DNA from: Callorhinchus milii
Lineage: Eukaryota
Assembly: GCF_018977255.1 (NCBI RefSeq)
Contig: NW_024704742.1
Location: forward strand, 69,938,001-70,002,000
Reading direction: 5' to 3'
Length of the DNA stretch: 64,000 nt
The position numbers and the translations under genes were made by a program. Every line of letters starts with the position of its first letter. Position 1 is the stretch's first letter. Positions 46,830 through 60,530 of this stretch are shown here, piece after piece. A model generated the notes under the pieces. The model worked only from the letters and a program-made list of their open reading frames with translations, did not search any database and was not told the DNA's origin.

Positions 46830-47889
46830 ACGTCAACTCCAAAGATTATTATTATAAGTGTAGTGGCTGTATTTTGTAGGTGAATGCAGCAGCCAATTTA
46901 TGCTCAGCAATAAGGCACTATATGCAAGGAATATTATTATTATAAACCTGTCACTGGCTATCTTATATTTATGTCCTCTAGTTACGGACTCACCAACGAA
47001 CCAGCTCATCTCCCTTTCCTTCTCCACTGCTCTCTCCCTGTTTCTTCTAAGATCTGAAAGTTTACGATCATTCGAATTCCATTTGCATGACTTGGATTTC
47101 CTAGCTAGGAATGCCATTAAGAAATACTGAAAATGAGATCCTACAGTACACTATAAAGATAATGGTCTGAATGGTATTTGGGTTGGGTTGTAATCAGTGC
47201 TCCCTGCGGTTTAATGGTACTATCTTGGTTTGTGTAAACTACATACCATCCATAAAATACCTCAACAAACTCTTGTGAAAACCCTGTTTATTTCATGATA
47301 TAGTCAACTTGGCAAACAAATGGTGAATTTGGAGTTTGCCCACAAAAAACAGTCGTTTTACTTTACAGCAAATCCCGTGAAGCACTTTGGTGTGCACTCC
47401 CGGTGATGGTGGGCAGGGCGGGGGTCGTGGATTGCTCTTAGATGAGCCGGAACAGACACAATGGCCCAAATGGTTCTGTGCTGTAAATTTTTGTGGGAGA
47501 ATACTGGAGTTGTTAGCGAGCCTTGTAGATCATTGCTCATTGTTAACGTGAGAAATGTGAGCAGGCGATTGAACGACACATTAACTTCACGAAAGCCTTT
47601 CTTGTTGAAAGCTCTCCTTGGTATTTGTGTTGGTCAGCGCCTGGTTAATATGTTACCCTGAGGAATTGTCTGCCATCGATTGAGTAGCGACTTTAAGCCA
47701 TTGGTCATCACCTGTTATTCACAGTAATTAATTTTGCCACACAGACTAATGTTTTACAGCAGGATCATTACAGAGGTAAGGGCAAAGCAACCCGGCAATC
47801 AGTGCAGTGTCTTTCTTCTTTCGTGCTTTCAGGCATGCTACCAAGCTGGAACCCATTCAAGCATCATTGGTTGAGTCAGACCGTGGTGA

Positions 47890-48362
47890 TCTGGCTCAGT
47901 ATCATTGAGCCAGATCATTTGCCCTCTCGCCTCTGGTTCAGAACGGTGTGGGTTCAAGCCCCCAAGTTGGACTTTGAGCTCATAGTCCAGCCTGATGTGG
48001 TGCTGGGACGGGGGGTGGGGGTGGAGGAGAGCGCTACATTGCCAGAAGCATGTCCTTCAGATAAGTGGTTAAACCAAGGTCCTCTCTGTGACTGTTCAGG
48101 TGAATGTTAAAAATCCCATGGCACTACTTCAAAAGCAAAGGGAGTTTCTCTCTCCTTCAGTCCTGGCCAACAATCCCTAAGATAAAATTGGACACTAACT
48201 TCACAGCTGTTTGCGAACTGTTGCTGTGCACAAATTGGCTGCCACATTTGCCTACAAAACACACAGTCACTGCACTTTACAGCAAGTTCCTCTGAAGCGC
48301 TTTGAGATATCCGCCTGACATTGAAAGGCACTGTATCAGATGCAAGATCAAAGATTATTATT
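47890..48362 (+). mobile_element. DeuSINE-like SINE (diverged)
   Basis: Deu-like domain and tail. Confidence 0.75.
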
Positions 48363-48675
48363 TATTAGTAATAATAATCTTTCCACTTGATACAGTGCCT
48401 TTCATGTCGGGAGGATATCTCAAAGGATTTACTGTAAAGTGCAGTGACTATATTTTGTGGGTGTACAAACGCTTATCACACTTTGTAATATTAATACAAA
48501 GTATAATATGTGACTGTTATGGTCACAGACAACAGTCTCTACTATTAACAGTAATTACTGTAAAGCACATTTCGCCATTCTAACTACTGTATAAAATGGA
48601 AGGATTATTACAGGTGAACCTTAGGCAAGTTTCCTTACTCTATACGTCTCTGTTTATCTAGCAGTAAGTAGGAAC

Positions 48676-50219
48676 AACAGCAACAACAACAGCTTGGATT
48701 TATATAGCGCCCTCCATGCTGGACGGCGTCTCAGAGCGCTTTACAGTAACGGATCCCGGGACTGAGCCAGAGGGAGGGGGAGGAAGGTGACCAAAGGCGC
48801 AGTCGAAAAGAAACATCTTCAGCAGAGACCTGAAAATGGGAAGGGAGGGAGCGAGACGAAGGGAGTGAGGAAGGCAGTTCCAGAGCCTCAGGGTATAGTA
48901 GCAACCGAGGGTGGAGTGGAGGACTCGGGGGACAAGGAGGAGGCCAGACCCGGCGGAACAAAGGAAACGGGTGCTGTTTTGAGGAGAGAGGAGGTCAGAG
49001 AAGTAGTGGGGTGCAGGGACAGTGCAGGGACTTTAATACGAGGGTGAGGATCTTCAAGTGGATCCTCTCTGGGATAGGCAGCCAGTGCAGTCTGGCAAGG
49101 ACTGGGGTGATCGGGAAGCGGAGTTTTGTGCGGGTGAGAATGCGGGCGGCAAAGTTTTGAATGATTTGGATTTTATGGATGGTAGTGGATGGGAGACCGG
49201 CGAGGAGGGCTTTTGAATAGTCCAGCCGAGAGGTGACAAAAGCATGGACCAGAGTTTCAGCGGCTTTTGGGGAGAGGTATTGGCGGAGACGGGCGATGCG
49301 ACGGAGGTGGAAAAAGGCGGTGCTGGTGAGGGACCGGATGTGGGGGAGGAAGGATAATTGGGGGTCGAACCTGATGCCTAGGTTGCGTATGGGTTCGGAG
49401 AGTTTTAGGGGGAGGTCGGGTAGGTGGAGGAGGTGAGAACCGTGAGATTTCAGACATTGACGAGAGCCAAAGAGTATGGCTTCCGTCTTGTCAACGTTCA
49501 GCTGAAGGAAGTTTGCGCTCATCCAGCCCCTGAGGTCTGACAGGCAGGCTGACAGAACATCAGGGGACTGGGGGTCGCAAAGTGAGGTGGGAAAATAGAG
49601 TTGGGTGTCATCTGCATACATGTGGAAATGACATCCCGAAGAGGGAGCATGTAGATCAGGAAGAGGAGGGGGCCAAGGATGGATCCTTGGGGTACCCCGC
49701 AAGTGACCGGGTGAGAGCGGGAGGAAAAGCCGTTTGTGCAGATGTACTGCTGGTGGTTTGTGAGGTAGGACTCGAACCAGGCGAGTGCGGTCCCACTGAG
49801 GTGGATGATGGAGGAAAGGCGGTGGAGGAGGAGGCGTGATCGACTGTGTGAAACGCGGTGGAGAGGTCCAGGAGGACAAGGAGGCAGAGGGAGCCCTGGT
49901 CACAGATGGAGAGGATGTCGTCTGTGACTTTCACAAGCGCAGTCTCTGTATTGTGGGCAGAGCGGAAACCAGATTGGAGGGGTTCGAAGAGGAGTGGGAG
50001 GAGAGGTGTGCGCGAAGTTGGATTGCAACAACGCGTTCTAGACGTTTTGAGAGGAAGGGCAGGTTAGAGATAGGGCGGTAATGGCTGAGGTTTGAGGGAT
50101 CTAGGGAGGATTTTTTTCAGGAGGGGGGTGATGACAGCAGTTTTGAGGGAGGCAAGGACTGATCCGGAGGAGAGGGACTGGTTGATGATGTCAGCCAGTA
50201 GTGGGCAGAGGAGGGGGCA
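48676..50219 (-). mobile_element. 5'-truncated L2 LINE inserted in a long SINE
   Basis: FHMYADDTQLY, HAFVTSRLDYS; TAGGAAC duplicated at 48669-48675 and 50220-50226; host SINE halves on both sides. Confidence 0.93.
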
Positions 50220-50700
50220 TAGGAACCCGGTTGTTAGTCGATTGACTGATTATTTTCCGGGAGTAATAATCCCATCAAAATAAATAAATAATAATAATTG
50301 CTCTGTGCAATTGGCTGCTGCGTTTGATCCACAAAATACACAGTCAATTTGCTTTACAGTATATTCTGCGAAGCGCTTTGAGACATCTCAATGACATGAT
50401 AAGGTGCTATATCAAATGCAAGGATTATTTATTATTATTACAGTAAACGCCTGATATCTCCAGTCATCATGCTGTCAATAACCCGGCTGCATTTATTTAT
50501 GTATTTATACATATGCCTAACTCGCCACTCCGCATAACTTGTCATGAAAACCTTTTTCCTGGAGTGACTAGTTATCAGGAGTTTACTGTATTAGACTACA
50601 TACAGTTCAAGAAAAAAAATAATAATAAATTGGTCACTTCAATCCACGACTGTTTGTGGGACACTGCCTTGTGTAATTGGCTATCGCCTTTCACCCACAA

Positions 50701-51029
50701 ATAATAATAATAATAATAATAATCCTTGCATTTGATATAGCGCTTTTCACGTCGGGAGGACGTCCCAAAGCGCTTCACAGAGCACACTGTAAAGTGAATT
50801 GACTGTATATTTGTGGGCAAACTCGGCAGCCAATTGCGCACAGCAATGTCCCACAAACAGTCGTAGATTGAATATGACCAATTTATTATTGTTTTTGGTT
50901 TTGGAGGGATTATTATTAGGCTCTGTGTGGAGTAAGGAAACTTGCCCAAGGTTTCGCCCTCTGCCTGGAATTGAACTCAGGTCTCTCGCTTGCAAAGCGA
51001 GTGCTCTAACCAGTGAGCTACAGGACTCC
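50701..51029 (-). mobile_element. Full-length short tRNA-Ala SINE nested in a + strand SINE (50620-51119)
   Basis: Intact A and B boxes, anticodon arm CTCGC-TTTGCAA-GCGAG, long (TTA)n tail. Confidence 0.92.
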
Positions 51030-51598
51030 AAATGTACAGTCACTTCACAGTATATCCTGTGAAGTGCTTTGAGCCATGATAAGACGCTATATCAAATGCA
51101 AGAAATATTATTATTATTAGTTAGCCAGGAGTAACGATGCCTTGTTTAGAGTCCCACACACTGTCTTCACACCCCTGCCCTATTGCAAATCCACTTTTTC
51201 CTTTGATGAGCAGCCAGGGCTGAGCAGAGTGCTCAGAGGCAGCAGGTCCCAGAGGGTTCATTAGAGGCACTTTGCTGCTTCATTAAACACAGAGCAGAGG
51301 GTGGTTAATCCCTAACTGGCTGCTAACATTAATGTTGTTTAATAGCTGGCAGGAGCTGGACAGTAGCAGTTGGGAGTGTTTGTTCTTTAGCCTGGTTGGT
51401 GGAAGACGTGAGCTGTGGGGTTATGGTCATTTTTCTACAGCCGCCCAGAGATCCCCCCACCCGCCTGCCTTGTGTTTAACTGGAAATCTTAATCCCAGAA
51501 CATGGTGGTTGGAGCACTTGTCTTGCAAGCGAGAGAAACCGGGCTTGATTCCCGGCCCCGGCAAAACTTTAGGCAAGTTTCCTTACTCTACACATCTC

Positions 51599-53098
51599 AC
51601 CTCCATCATTTCAAAAATGAAGCCCACCATCTGCTCCCTCGAATCCAGCCCCACCCCTCTCCTCACCAACCAGCTCCACCTCCTGGCTCCTCTCTTAACT
51701 GACATTATCAACCTCTCCTTATTCACTGGCACTTTTCCAACGCCCTTAAAAACAGTTGTTATTATGCCCATCCTCAAAAAACCTTACCTGGACCCATCCC
51801 TACTCTCCAGCTATCGCCCCATCTCCAACCTCACATTCCTCTTCAAGGCCCTGGAACGAGTCGTCATATCCCAGCTTCGCTCTTTATTCTCTCGCCATTC
51901 CCTCTCTGAACTTTTCCAATTGGGTTTCTGTGCTGTCCACAACACATCCCTGGTCAAAGTCACTAACAACACGCTGAACATCTGCGACGAGGGCTCCCAC
52001 TGCCTCCTTGTCCTCCTTGACCTCTCTGCTGCCTTCGACATTATTGACCACTCTATCTTCCTACACCACCTCTCCTCTCAGCTCAATCTTCGCAGACCTG
52101 CCCTTGCCTGACTCAAATCCTACCTCTCCCACTGTATCCACTTTGTCGCCACTAACGGCTTCTCCTGTAGGCCCTGCACCGTCTCATCTGCTGTGTTCAC
52201 TGACTGCCTGTCAGACATCAAATCCTGGATAAGAGCTAACTTCCTGCAGTTGAATGTCAACAAGATTGCTTTGCTCCCGTTAGCACTTCCATACCTTGGG
52301 TGCTGACAGCATCTCCCTCCACAAATGCACTCTATATCTCACAGAGCCAATACAGAACCACGGCGTCCTGTTCGACCTTCAACCGTCCTTCGTCCTTCAT
52401 ATCCCACATCCATGCCATGACTCACTCTGCCTTTCCCCACCTCATAACATCGCTCATCTCCACCACTGTCTCACACCACAGGCTACCAAAACCCTCATAC
52501 ACACATTCATAACATCCAGGCTTGACTATGCAAACTCACTGCTTGTTGGCCTCCCCAACTCCTCTCTCCATAGGCTGCAGATCATCCAGAACCCTGCAGC
52601 CCATGTCCTCTCCTACACCAGGCTCCGTGACCCTATCAACCCCATCCTCTCCTGACTCCATTGGCTTCTCATCACACAGAGGATACAGCTCAAGATCCTG
52701 GTTCTCGCCTTCAAAGCCCTTCATGATCTTGCTTCCCCCTATCTCTGCGACCTCCAAACTCCCTACCATCCTGCTCACTCTCTCCACTCAGCGGGCTCCA
52801 GCCTGCTTCATGTCCCCTGCCTCACCTGCCCCACCATTGGTGGGTGGGCCTTAAGCCACTTTGTCCCCACACTCTGGAACTCCATCCCGCAGTCCCTCCA
52901 TCTCTCCCCTTCCCTTGCCTCCTTCAAGATCCGTATCAAGACTCTCTTCGACTGTGCCATGGGGACCCTCCTGCCACCCCTGCCCTCCACCCTCCCTGAT
53001 CCTGACCCCCAGCTTGGGTCCGAAACACTGATTGTCCAGTGCCTTGGGACGTCCTCTTGACCTTAAAGGCGCTTTACAAATGTAATTTTGTTGTTGTT
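51599..53098 (+). mobile_element. 5'-truncated L2 LINE inserted in a long SINE (51500-51598 and 53099-53366)
   Basis: [29 protein letters not shown] duplicated at 51594-51598 and 53099-53103. Confidence 0.92.
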
Positions 53099-53929
53099 AT
53101 CTCTGTTTACCTAGCAGTAAGTGGAAACCCAGTTGTTAGACGATTGGTGAATCGCTTTTCGGAGGTAATAATCCCTCCAAAAAATAAGATTAATAATTTG
53201 GTCACTGAATTCACATCTGTTTGTGGGACATTGCTGTGAGCAATTGACTGCTGGTTTTCGCCCACAAAAAATACAATTAATTTTACAGTGTATTCTGTAA
53301 AGCGCTTTCAGACCCCTCAACGACGCGAGAAAGCTCTACATCTAATGCAAGGATTATTATTATTATCAAATCTCACCTGTAGCTCCTATAAGAAAGTACA
53401 AGCTCCCTGCGCAAGAACAACAACAACAAAATTACATTTATATAGCGCCTTTCACGTTGGGAGGACGTCCCAAAGCAACACAAAGGAGGTTGGCTTCATT
53501 CACAACCCCAACCCAACTCCTCCTATTTCCCTCCTCCACACACGCACACACACACACTTTTTTTGTCTCTGAACTTCCCCAGACAATATGCCCAGGAATG
53601 AAACAACCTTGGAAACATCTGGCAGCAGAGTGGACGCCAAAGAGGGTAGGGGACACAATAACTCTGCCCACACTGGATTGTTTTATAATATTGCAGTTAT
53701 ATTATATATATAATTGTTATAGTTTGACTATAATGAACTTGAGGGATTTTAAGTTGGTGAATCCTGCTGTAGAGGTTCTTTAAATTCAGTGAGATGAGAC
53801 CTTCTGCTCACTCGCACTGTGATGTCTGCTTATCCGCATGTCCATGCTGTGAGGTCCGGGGTTACCAGGTATGATTTTATCCTGTGAACCGGTATCGCGG
53901 AGATGGAGAGATTCGGTCCATGGGAATGA

Positions 53930-56520
53930 ATGTGTGTTTCTCTCTCTCTCTTACTGTCTGTGTCTCTCTCTCTTACTGTCTGTGTCTCTCTCTCTTACTG
54001 TCTGTGTCTCTCGCTTACTGTCTGTCTCTCTCTCTCTTACTGTCTGTGTCTCTCTTACTGTCTGTGTCTCTCACTTACTGTCTGTGTCTCTCGCTTACTG
54101 TCTGTGTCTCGCTTACTGTCTGTCTCTCTCTTACTGTCTGTCTCTCTCTCTTACTGTCTGTGTGTATCTTACTGTCGTGTCTCTCTCTTACTGTCTATGT
54201 GTCTCTTTTACTGTTTATGTGTGTGTCTCTCTCTTAATTTTGTGTTTCTTACTATCTGTGTCTTTCTCTCTTACTGTCTGTGTCTCTCTCTTACTGTCTG
54301 TGTCTTTCTCTCTCTTACTGACTGTGTCTCTCTCTTACTGTCTGTGTCTCTCTTACTGTCTGTGTCTCTCTCTCTCTTACTGTCTGTGTGTCTCTTTTAC
54401 TGTCTATGTGTGTGTCTCTCTCTTTTACTTTTGTGTCTCTTACTGTCTGTGACTTTCTCTCTTACTGTCTGTGTCTCTCTTACTGTCTGTGACTCTCTTA
54501 CTGTCTGTGTCTCTCTTGTTGTCTGTGTCTCTTTTACTGTCTGTGTGTCTTTCTCTTACCATCTGTGTCTCTCTTACCATCTGTGTCTCTCTTACCATCT
54601 GTGTCTCTCTTACTATCTGTGTCTCTCTTACTGTCTGTGTGTGTGTCTCTTTCTTACTGTCTGTATCTCTCTCTTACTGTCTGTGACGCTCTCTTACTGT
54701 CTGTGTCTCTCTCTCTTACGGCCTGTGACTATTTCTCTTACTGTCTGTGTCTCTCTCTTACTGTTTGTGTCTCTCTTACTGTCTGTGACTATTTCTCTTA
54801 CTGTCAGTGTCTCTCTTACAGTCTGTGACTCTTTCTCTTACTGTCTGTGTCTCTCTTACTGTCTGTGTCTCTCTTACTGTCTATGTGTGTGTCTCTCTCT
54901 TACTGTCTGTGTCTCTCTTACTGTCTGTGTCTCTCTTACTGTCTGTGTGTGTGTCTCTCTCTTATAGTCTGTGTCTCTCTTACTGTCTGTGACTCTCTTA
55001 CTGTCTGTGTCTCTCTTACTGTCTGTGTCTGTGTCTCTCTCTTATAGTCTGTGTCTCTCTTACTGTCTGTGTCTCTCTTACTGTCTATGTCTCTCTTACT
55101 GTCTATGTGTGTGTCTCTCTCTCTTACTGTCTATGTGTGTGTCTCTCTCTTACTGTCTGTGTCTCTCTCTTACTGTCTATGTGTGTGTCTCTCTCTTACT
55201 GTTTGTGTCTCTCTTACTGTCTGTCTGTGTGTGTGTCTCTCTTACTGTCTCTGTGTGTGTGTGTCTCTCTCTTACTGTCTGTGTGTGTGTGTCTCTCTCT
55301 TACTGTCTGTGTCTATCTCTTACTGTCTATGTGTGTGTCTCTCTCTTACTGTCTGTGTCTCTCTCTTACTGTCTATGTGTGTGTCTCTCTCTTACTGTCT
55401 GTGTCTCTCTTACTGTCTGTGTCTCTCTTACTGTCTGTGTGTGTGTCTCTCTCTTATAGTCTGTGTCTCTCTTACTGTCTGTGACTCTCTTACTGTCTGT
55501 GTCTCTCTTACTGTCTGTGTCTGTGTCTCTCTCTTATAGTCTGTGTCTCTCTTACTGTCTGTGACTCTCTTACTGTCTGTGACTCTCTTACTGTCTGTGT
55601 CTCTCTTACTGTCTATGTCTCTCTTACTGTCTATGTGTGTGTCTCTCTCTCTTACTGTCTATGTGTGTGTCTCTCTCTTACTGTCTGTGTCTCTCTCTTA
55701 CTGTCTATGTGTGTGTCTCTCTCTTACTGTTTGTGTCTCTCTTACTGTCTGTCTGTGTGTGTGTCTCTCTTACTGTCTCTGTGTGTGTGTGTCTCTCTCT
55801 TACTGTCTGTGTGTGTGTGTCTCTCTCTTACTGTCTGTGTCTATCTCTTACTGTCTATGTGTGTGTCTCTCTCTTACTGTCTGTGTCTCTCTCTTACTGT
55901 CTATGTGTGTGTCTCTCTCTTACTGTTTGTGTCTCTCTTACTGTTTGTGTGTGTCTCCCTCTTACTGTCTGTGTCTCTCTCTCTTGCTTCTCTTACTGTC
56001 TGTGTGGGTGCCTCCCTCTGTTACTGTCCGTGTCCGCGCGTGTGTGTGTGTGTCCCTTACTGTGTGTGTCTCTCTCTCTCTTACTGTGTGTGTGTGTGTC
56101 TCTTACTGTTTGTGTGCGTGTCTCTCTTACTGTCTGTCTCGCTCTTACTGAGTGTCTCTCTCTTACTGAGTGTCTCTCTCTTATAGTGTGTGTCTCTCTT
56201 ACTGTGTGTGTGTCTGCTTCTCCTACTGTCTATGTGTGTGTGTGTCTCTTACTGTTTGTCTGTATGTGTTTCTCTTACTGTGTGTGTGTGTCTCTCTTAC
56301 TGTCCGTATGTCTCTCTCTTACTGTTTGTCTATGTGTTTCTCTTACTGTCTGTGTATGTCTCTCTTACTGTTTGTCTATGTGTTTCTCTTACTGTCTGTG
56401 TATGTCTCTCTTACTGTTTGTCTGTGTGTTTCTCTCTCTTAGGGTTTGTCTGTGTGTGTCTCTCTCTTACTGTGTGTGTCTCTCGCTCTCTCACTTACTG
56501 TCTGTATGTGTTTCTCTCAC
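53930..56520. repeat. CT/GT-rich satellite, core CTCTCTTACTGTCTGTGT (18-24 bp units)
   Basis: Directly visible; produces the spurious C/V/S/L-rich ORFs. Confidence 0.97.
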
Positions 56521-56859
56521 ACACAGTCACAGTGAGAAAGACACACAGACAGAAAGAGAGAGAGACACATACACACATATACTATTTTTATAATCACAAT
56601 GGAGCTGGTTTCAGTGTGAAAGTTTGGGCTCTCTGCTGTAGTTATTACCAGGCAATATTTATCATATCAAACATGTTAAAAAAAACTTGCAAACATTCAG
56701 AGGTAATAAAGAGACTTGACTATTGAGTTTCACACGGAACATCCTGACATGAACTTTCACAATTATGTAGGGTTCTGACAGGGTGAATTGTAATACAACA
56801 CGATTCAGTGCCTTTCATGTCGAGAGGATGTCTCAGCAATAGATCAGTAATGGAGTCCT

Positions 56860-57707
56860 ATAATAATAATAATAATCCTTGCATTTGATATAGCGCTTTT
56901 CACATCTTCTAGACGTCTCAAAGCACTTCACAGAATATACTGTAAAGTGAATTAACTATATATTTGTGGGCAAAACTCGGTAGGCAATTGCGCACAGCAG
57001 TGCCCCACAAACAGTCGTGGATTGAGTGACCAAATCATTATTGTTATTATATGATATTGTTATTATATTACAAATTATTATAGTGTAGTAGTTAGAGCAC
57101 TCACCTTGCAAGCAAGAGGACCCGAGTTCAATTCCCAGACAGGATAAAAACTTAGGCACGTTTCCTTACTCCACGTGCCTCTGTTTACCATCAATAACTA
57201 GGAACCTGCTTGTTAGTTGATTAGTGGATCACTTTCCGGGGGCATTAATCCCTCCAAAAATAATTGGTCACTCAATCCATGACTATTTGTGGGACGCTGC
57301 TGTGCGCAATTGGCTGCCGTACTTCGCCCACAAAATACGCAGTCAATTCACTTTACAGTGTATTCTGTGAAGCACTTTGACATGTTTCAATGACATGATA
57401 AGGCGCTATATCAAATGCAAGGATTGTTATTATTAGTAATAGATTATTTGGGTGTAAAAATAGAATTCCTGGATTAACGCCGGTGTAATTTAACACTGTG
57501 CTTTGTGATGCTAAGTGTGAAACTAAGCAGTGTCCCACAAACAGTCGTGGATTGAAAATTACCAATTTATTATTGCTTTGTTTTGGAGGGATTATCATTA
57601 GGCATATGGAGTAAGGAAACTTGCCCAAGGTTTCGCCCTCTGCCTGGAATTGAACTCAGGTTTCTCGCTTGCAAGACGAGTGCTCTAACCACTGAGCTAC
57701 AGGACTC
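56860..57707. mobile_element. Three SINE copies in -, +, - orientation (56860-57045, 57083-57435, 57527-57707)
   Basis: Matches to the SINE consensus. Confidence 0.85.
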
Positions 57708-57964
57708 CTCAATGTCCCATTCACTAGCTCTAACACTGCAGAGATCACACTTAACTTCTTGCAACTGGTTTACAATAAGTCCAGTTGCATTCTTGCGCAT
57801 GTAAGAGATACACACACAGACAGAAGGAGAGGGAGTTACACACACACATACACTCACACTCAGTAAGAGACAGACACACAGATAGTACATTGCTAACACC
57901 ATGAGTAAATGGTGTCTATGGTAACCAATGGCATTTGCTTGGAGTCAACTCAATTTTCTTCACA

Positions 57965-58430
57965 TCATAAGATCACAAAATCGGTTCGGACGAAGAAGAC
58001 CCTTCAGCCCATCCAATCTCCTCTCTCCAGAACATCCACCTTACCATCCTCCCAGTGTCCTGGTCTCAACACCCCACTTCCTGGTAACACAGTTCCAGTC
58101 GTCAATTACCCTCTGAATAAAGAAAATCTTCCTCATGTCTGTCCTGAACTTACCTCTTTACATCTCTAAACCTGTGTCCTCTTGTTCTACTCTCTTCTTA
58201 CATTGTAAAGTATTGATCTAGGTTTACTTTTTCAATCCCATTTAAAATGTTGTACATCTCTATAAGCTGCTCTCTGAGTCATCGCCTCTCAAGACTGAAG
58301 AGTCCTATCTTGTCTAGTCATTGGTCACAGCTCATTCCTCTAACACTGGGGTTCATCCTCATTGCTCTCTCTGTACCACCTCTAGGGTCTGGACAGCCTT
58401 ATGTTGCAGTGACCAGAACTGTGTGTAGTA
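57965..58430 (-). mobile_element. CR1 LINE 3' fragment
   Basis: CR1-like tail and antisense TRGH and QR.A.R..P motifs. Confidence 0.7.
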
Positions 58431-58539
58431 AATTCTGCTCCCCCCTCACTTCCTTTCCCCCGACTACAACAACAACTTGCATTTATACAGCATATAGGGT
58501 ATAGAGTCTCGAAGCATTCCATACTGTGGGGCTAAACAT

Positions 58540-59110
58540 CGAGCAAGGGATTATTGACAACCAGATGTCTGATAAATATAGAAACCCATCCCCATGCTTA
58601 ATAGTTTCCAAGCCAAACTGAGAATTCCATGCATCCCACCTATACATGGAAATCCCAGAGATAGATTGTTGGAATGGAATGCGCACTCTCTCCCTGGAGG
58701 GACACAGCCTGTTTACCTAATTCCAGAAAGTATTAGGTGCAGGTTGGCAAGAGCCAAGGCTTGGGGACCGCAGAGTGTATGTTGGGGTAACTGCTGGAGT
58801 CTAACCAGCTAAAACCACATAGCTATTGATAGCACTGTCTGGCAAGCTTTCCCACTGCTTGTCCAGCTCGGACCATACTACCCATTAGGGCTTTGGTTTG
58901 CAGGGTTAACAGAAGCTGGGTGGGAGGATTCCCTGCCCCTAGTGACTGGTCTTCCCTTCCAAGTCCTTCCAATGAGCCAAGGCTGGCTGTGCTGTCATCA
59001 GCAGTGCCCTGGAATACTGTGGACCTGCCTGGCTCAGGAGCTAGACTAGAGACCACCACTGGAGGGTGGGCGTGATTCCCACATCCATTGCCAAACCACC
59101 CCAACATCCT
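58540..59110. repeat. Unclassified composite interspersed repeat
   Basis: Left part matches 37000-37265; right part matches 12735-12910. Confidence 0.7.
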
Positions 59111-59454
59111 CCCCCACAGGAGGATAGTCACTAGTTGGTCATTTGACATCAGACAAATGCGGGTTTAAAGAAAGAAAAAGACAGAAAAGGGAGTGAGACA
59201 AAATGATGGCGGGAGGGAATTCCAGAAGTGAAGAGCATAGGAACCAAAAAAAAAACTGCTGAGAGGAGAAAGAATAAGGAATTTGAAATGGATCATTAAT
59301 GAGAAGAAGGTTGACTTTGGAACAAGATTTTTTCGAAATCACCAAAATTGTTATGAAAGGTATGGCCAAAATTAAATCAATAATCAGCAGAGCCACTCAG
59401 AGATTCACTCACCCATTCACTTCACAGTTAACACCAATGGTTTACTGAACACTA

Positions 59455-60200
59455 TCCAGTGATAGCACTCTGGCGTCTGAGTCAGAGGGTTGTGGGTTCA
59501 TATGGTTAGACATGGAGTCCCTTAGCTTAGTAGTTAGCCCACTCGCCTCACAAGTGAGAGGACCTGGGTTCAATTCCTGGGCAAGGAAAAATCTTAGGCA
59601 AGTTTTCTTACTCCACACGCCTCTGTTTACCTACCAGTAAGTTGGAAGCTGGTTTTAGGTCTATCGGTGGATCATTTACCCTCCAAAAAAAAATTATTGG
59701 TCACTGAATCCACGACTGTTTGTGGAAAACTGCAGTACGCACTTGGCTGCTGCATTTCACCCACAAAATATACAGTCAATTCACTTTACAGTATATTCTG
59801 TGAAGCACTTTGAGACATATTAATGACGTGATAAAGTTCTATATCAAATTCGTATATTATTCTTCATGCCCTGCGTCAGGACTTGGAATCATTTCACACT
59901 CCAATGCAGTGCTGGTGGATGCTACATTGCTGGAGTTGCCATCCTTCAGATGAGACGTTAAATCAAGGTCTCGTCTGCCTGTTCAGGTTGATGTTAAAGA
60001 TCCCATGGCAGTAATCGTAAAGAGAAGGGAGATTCTCTCTCCTTGTGCCCTGGCTAACCAGCCCCCAAATAAAATTGGGTCGCTCACTCTCTGTTTGTTG
60101 GACACTGCTCTGTACTAAACTGGCTGCCGTGTTACGCTCACAAAATACAAAATCAATTCACTTTGTCCTGTGAAGCCTTATCTCTGATGCAAGGATTATT
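59455..60200 (+). mobile_element. DeuSINE-like element with a nested long SINE (59513-59862)
   Basis: Deu-type head before and Deu-type body after the insert. Confidence 0.8.
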
Positions 60201-60231
60201 GGGGAGGAGCCAAGGGAGTGCGATAAATTAT

Positions 60232-60530
60232 CAACCTGGTTCAGTGGCTATCGCCCTCAGAAGATCGATTGTCAGTTCAAGCCCCACGTAAGGACTTTGT
60301 ACTCATATTGACATTCCAGTGCAGTGCTGAGGGGAGCACTGCATTATCGGAGATGCCGTCCTTCGGACGTGACGTTAAATCTAGGCCCCGTCTAAGTCTG
60401 TGCAGGTGGACAATAAAGATCTCAGGCACTGCTTGAAAAGAGAAGTAAGTTTCTCTCTCCCGATGTCCTGGCCAACATTCCCCCAAATAAAATTGGTCAC
60501 TCACTCCATGTTTGTGGGATGTTGTTTGCA
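60232..60530 (+). mobile_element. DeuSINE-like SINE
   Basis: gtgcagtgctgaggggagcactgc...ccttcggacgtgacgttaaa. Confidence 0.8.

Noticed and set aside
50955..51029. tRNA-Ala(TGC)-like sequence, also near 17171, 46760 and 57635
   Set aside because: SINE head: has A and B boxes and an anticodon arm but no closing acceptor stem, and runs into the SINE body
51332..52111. 259-aa ORF with RT motifs
   Set aside because: Chance read-through from unique DNA through a SINE head into a truncated, internally deleted L2
53871..56726. Long Cys/Val/Ser/Leu-rich ORFs up to 345 aa
   Set aside because: Translations of a stop-poor satellite, open in several frames
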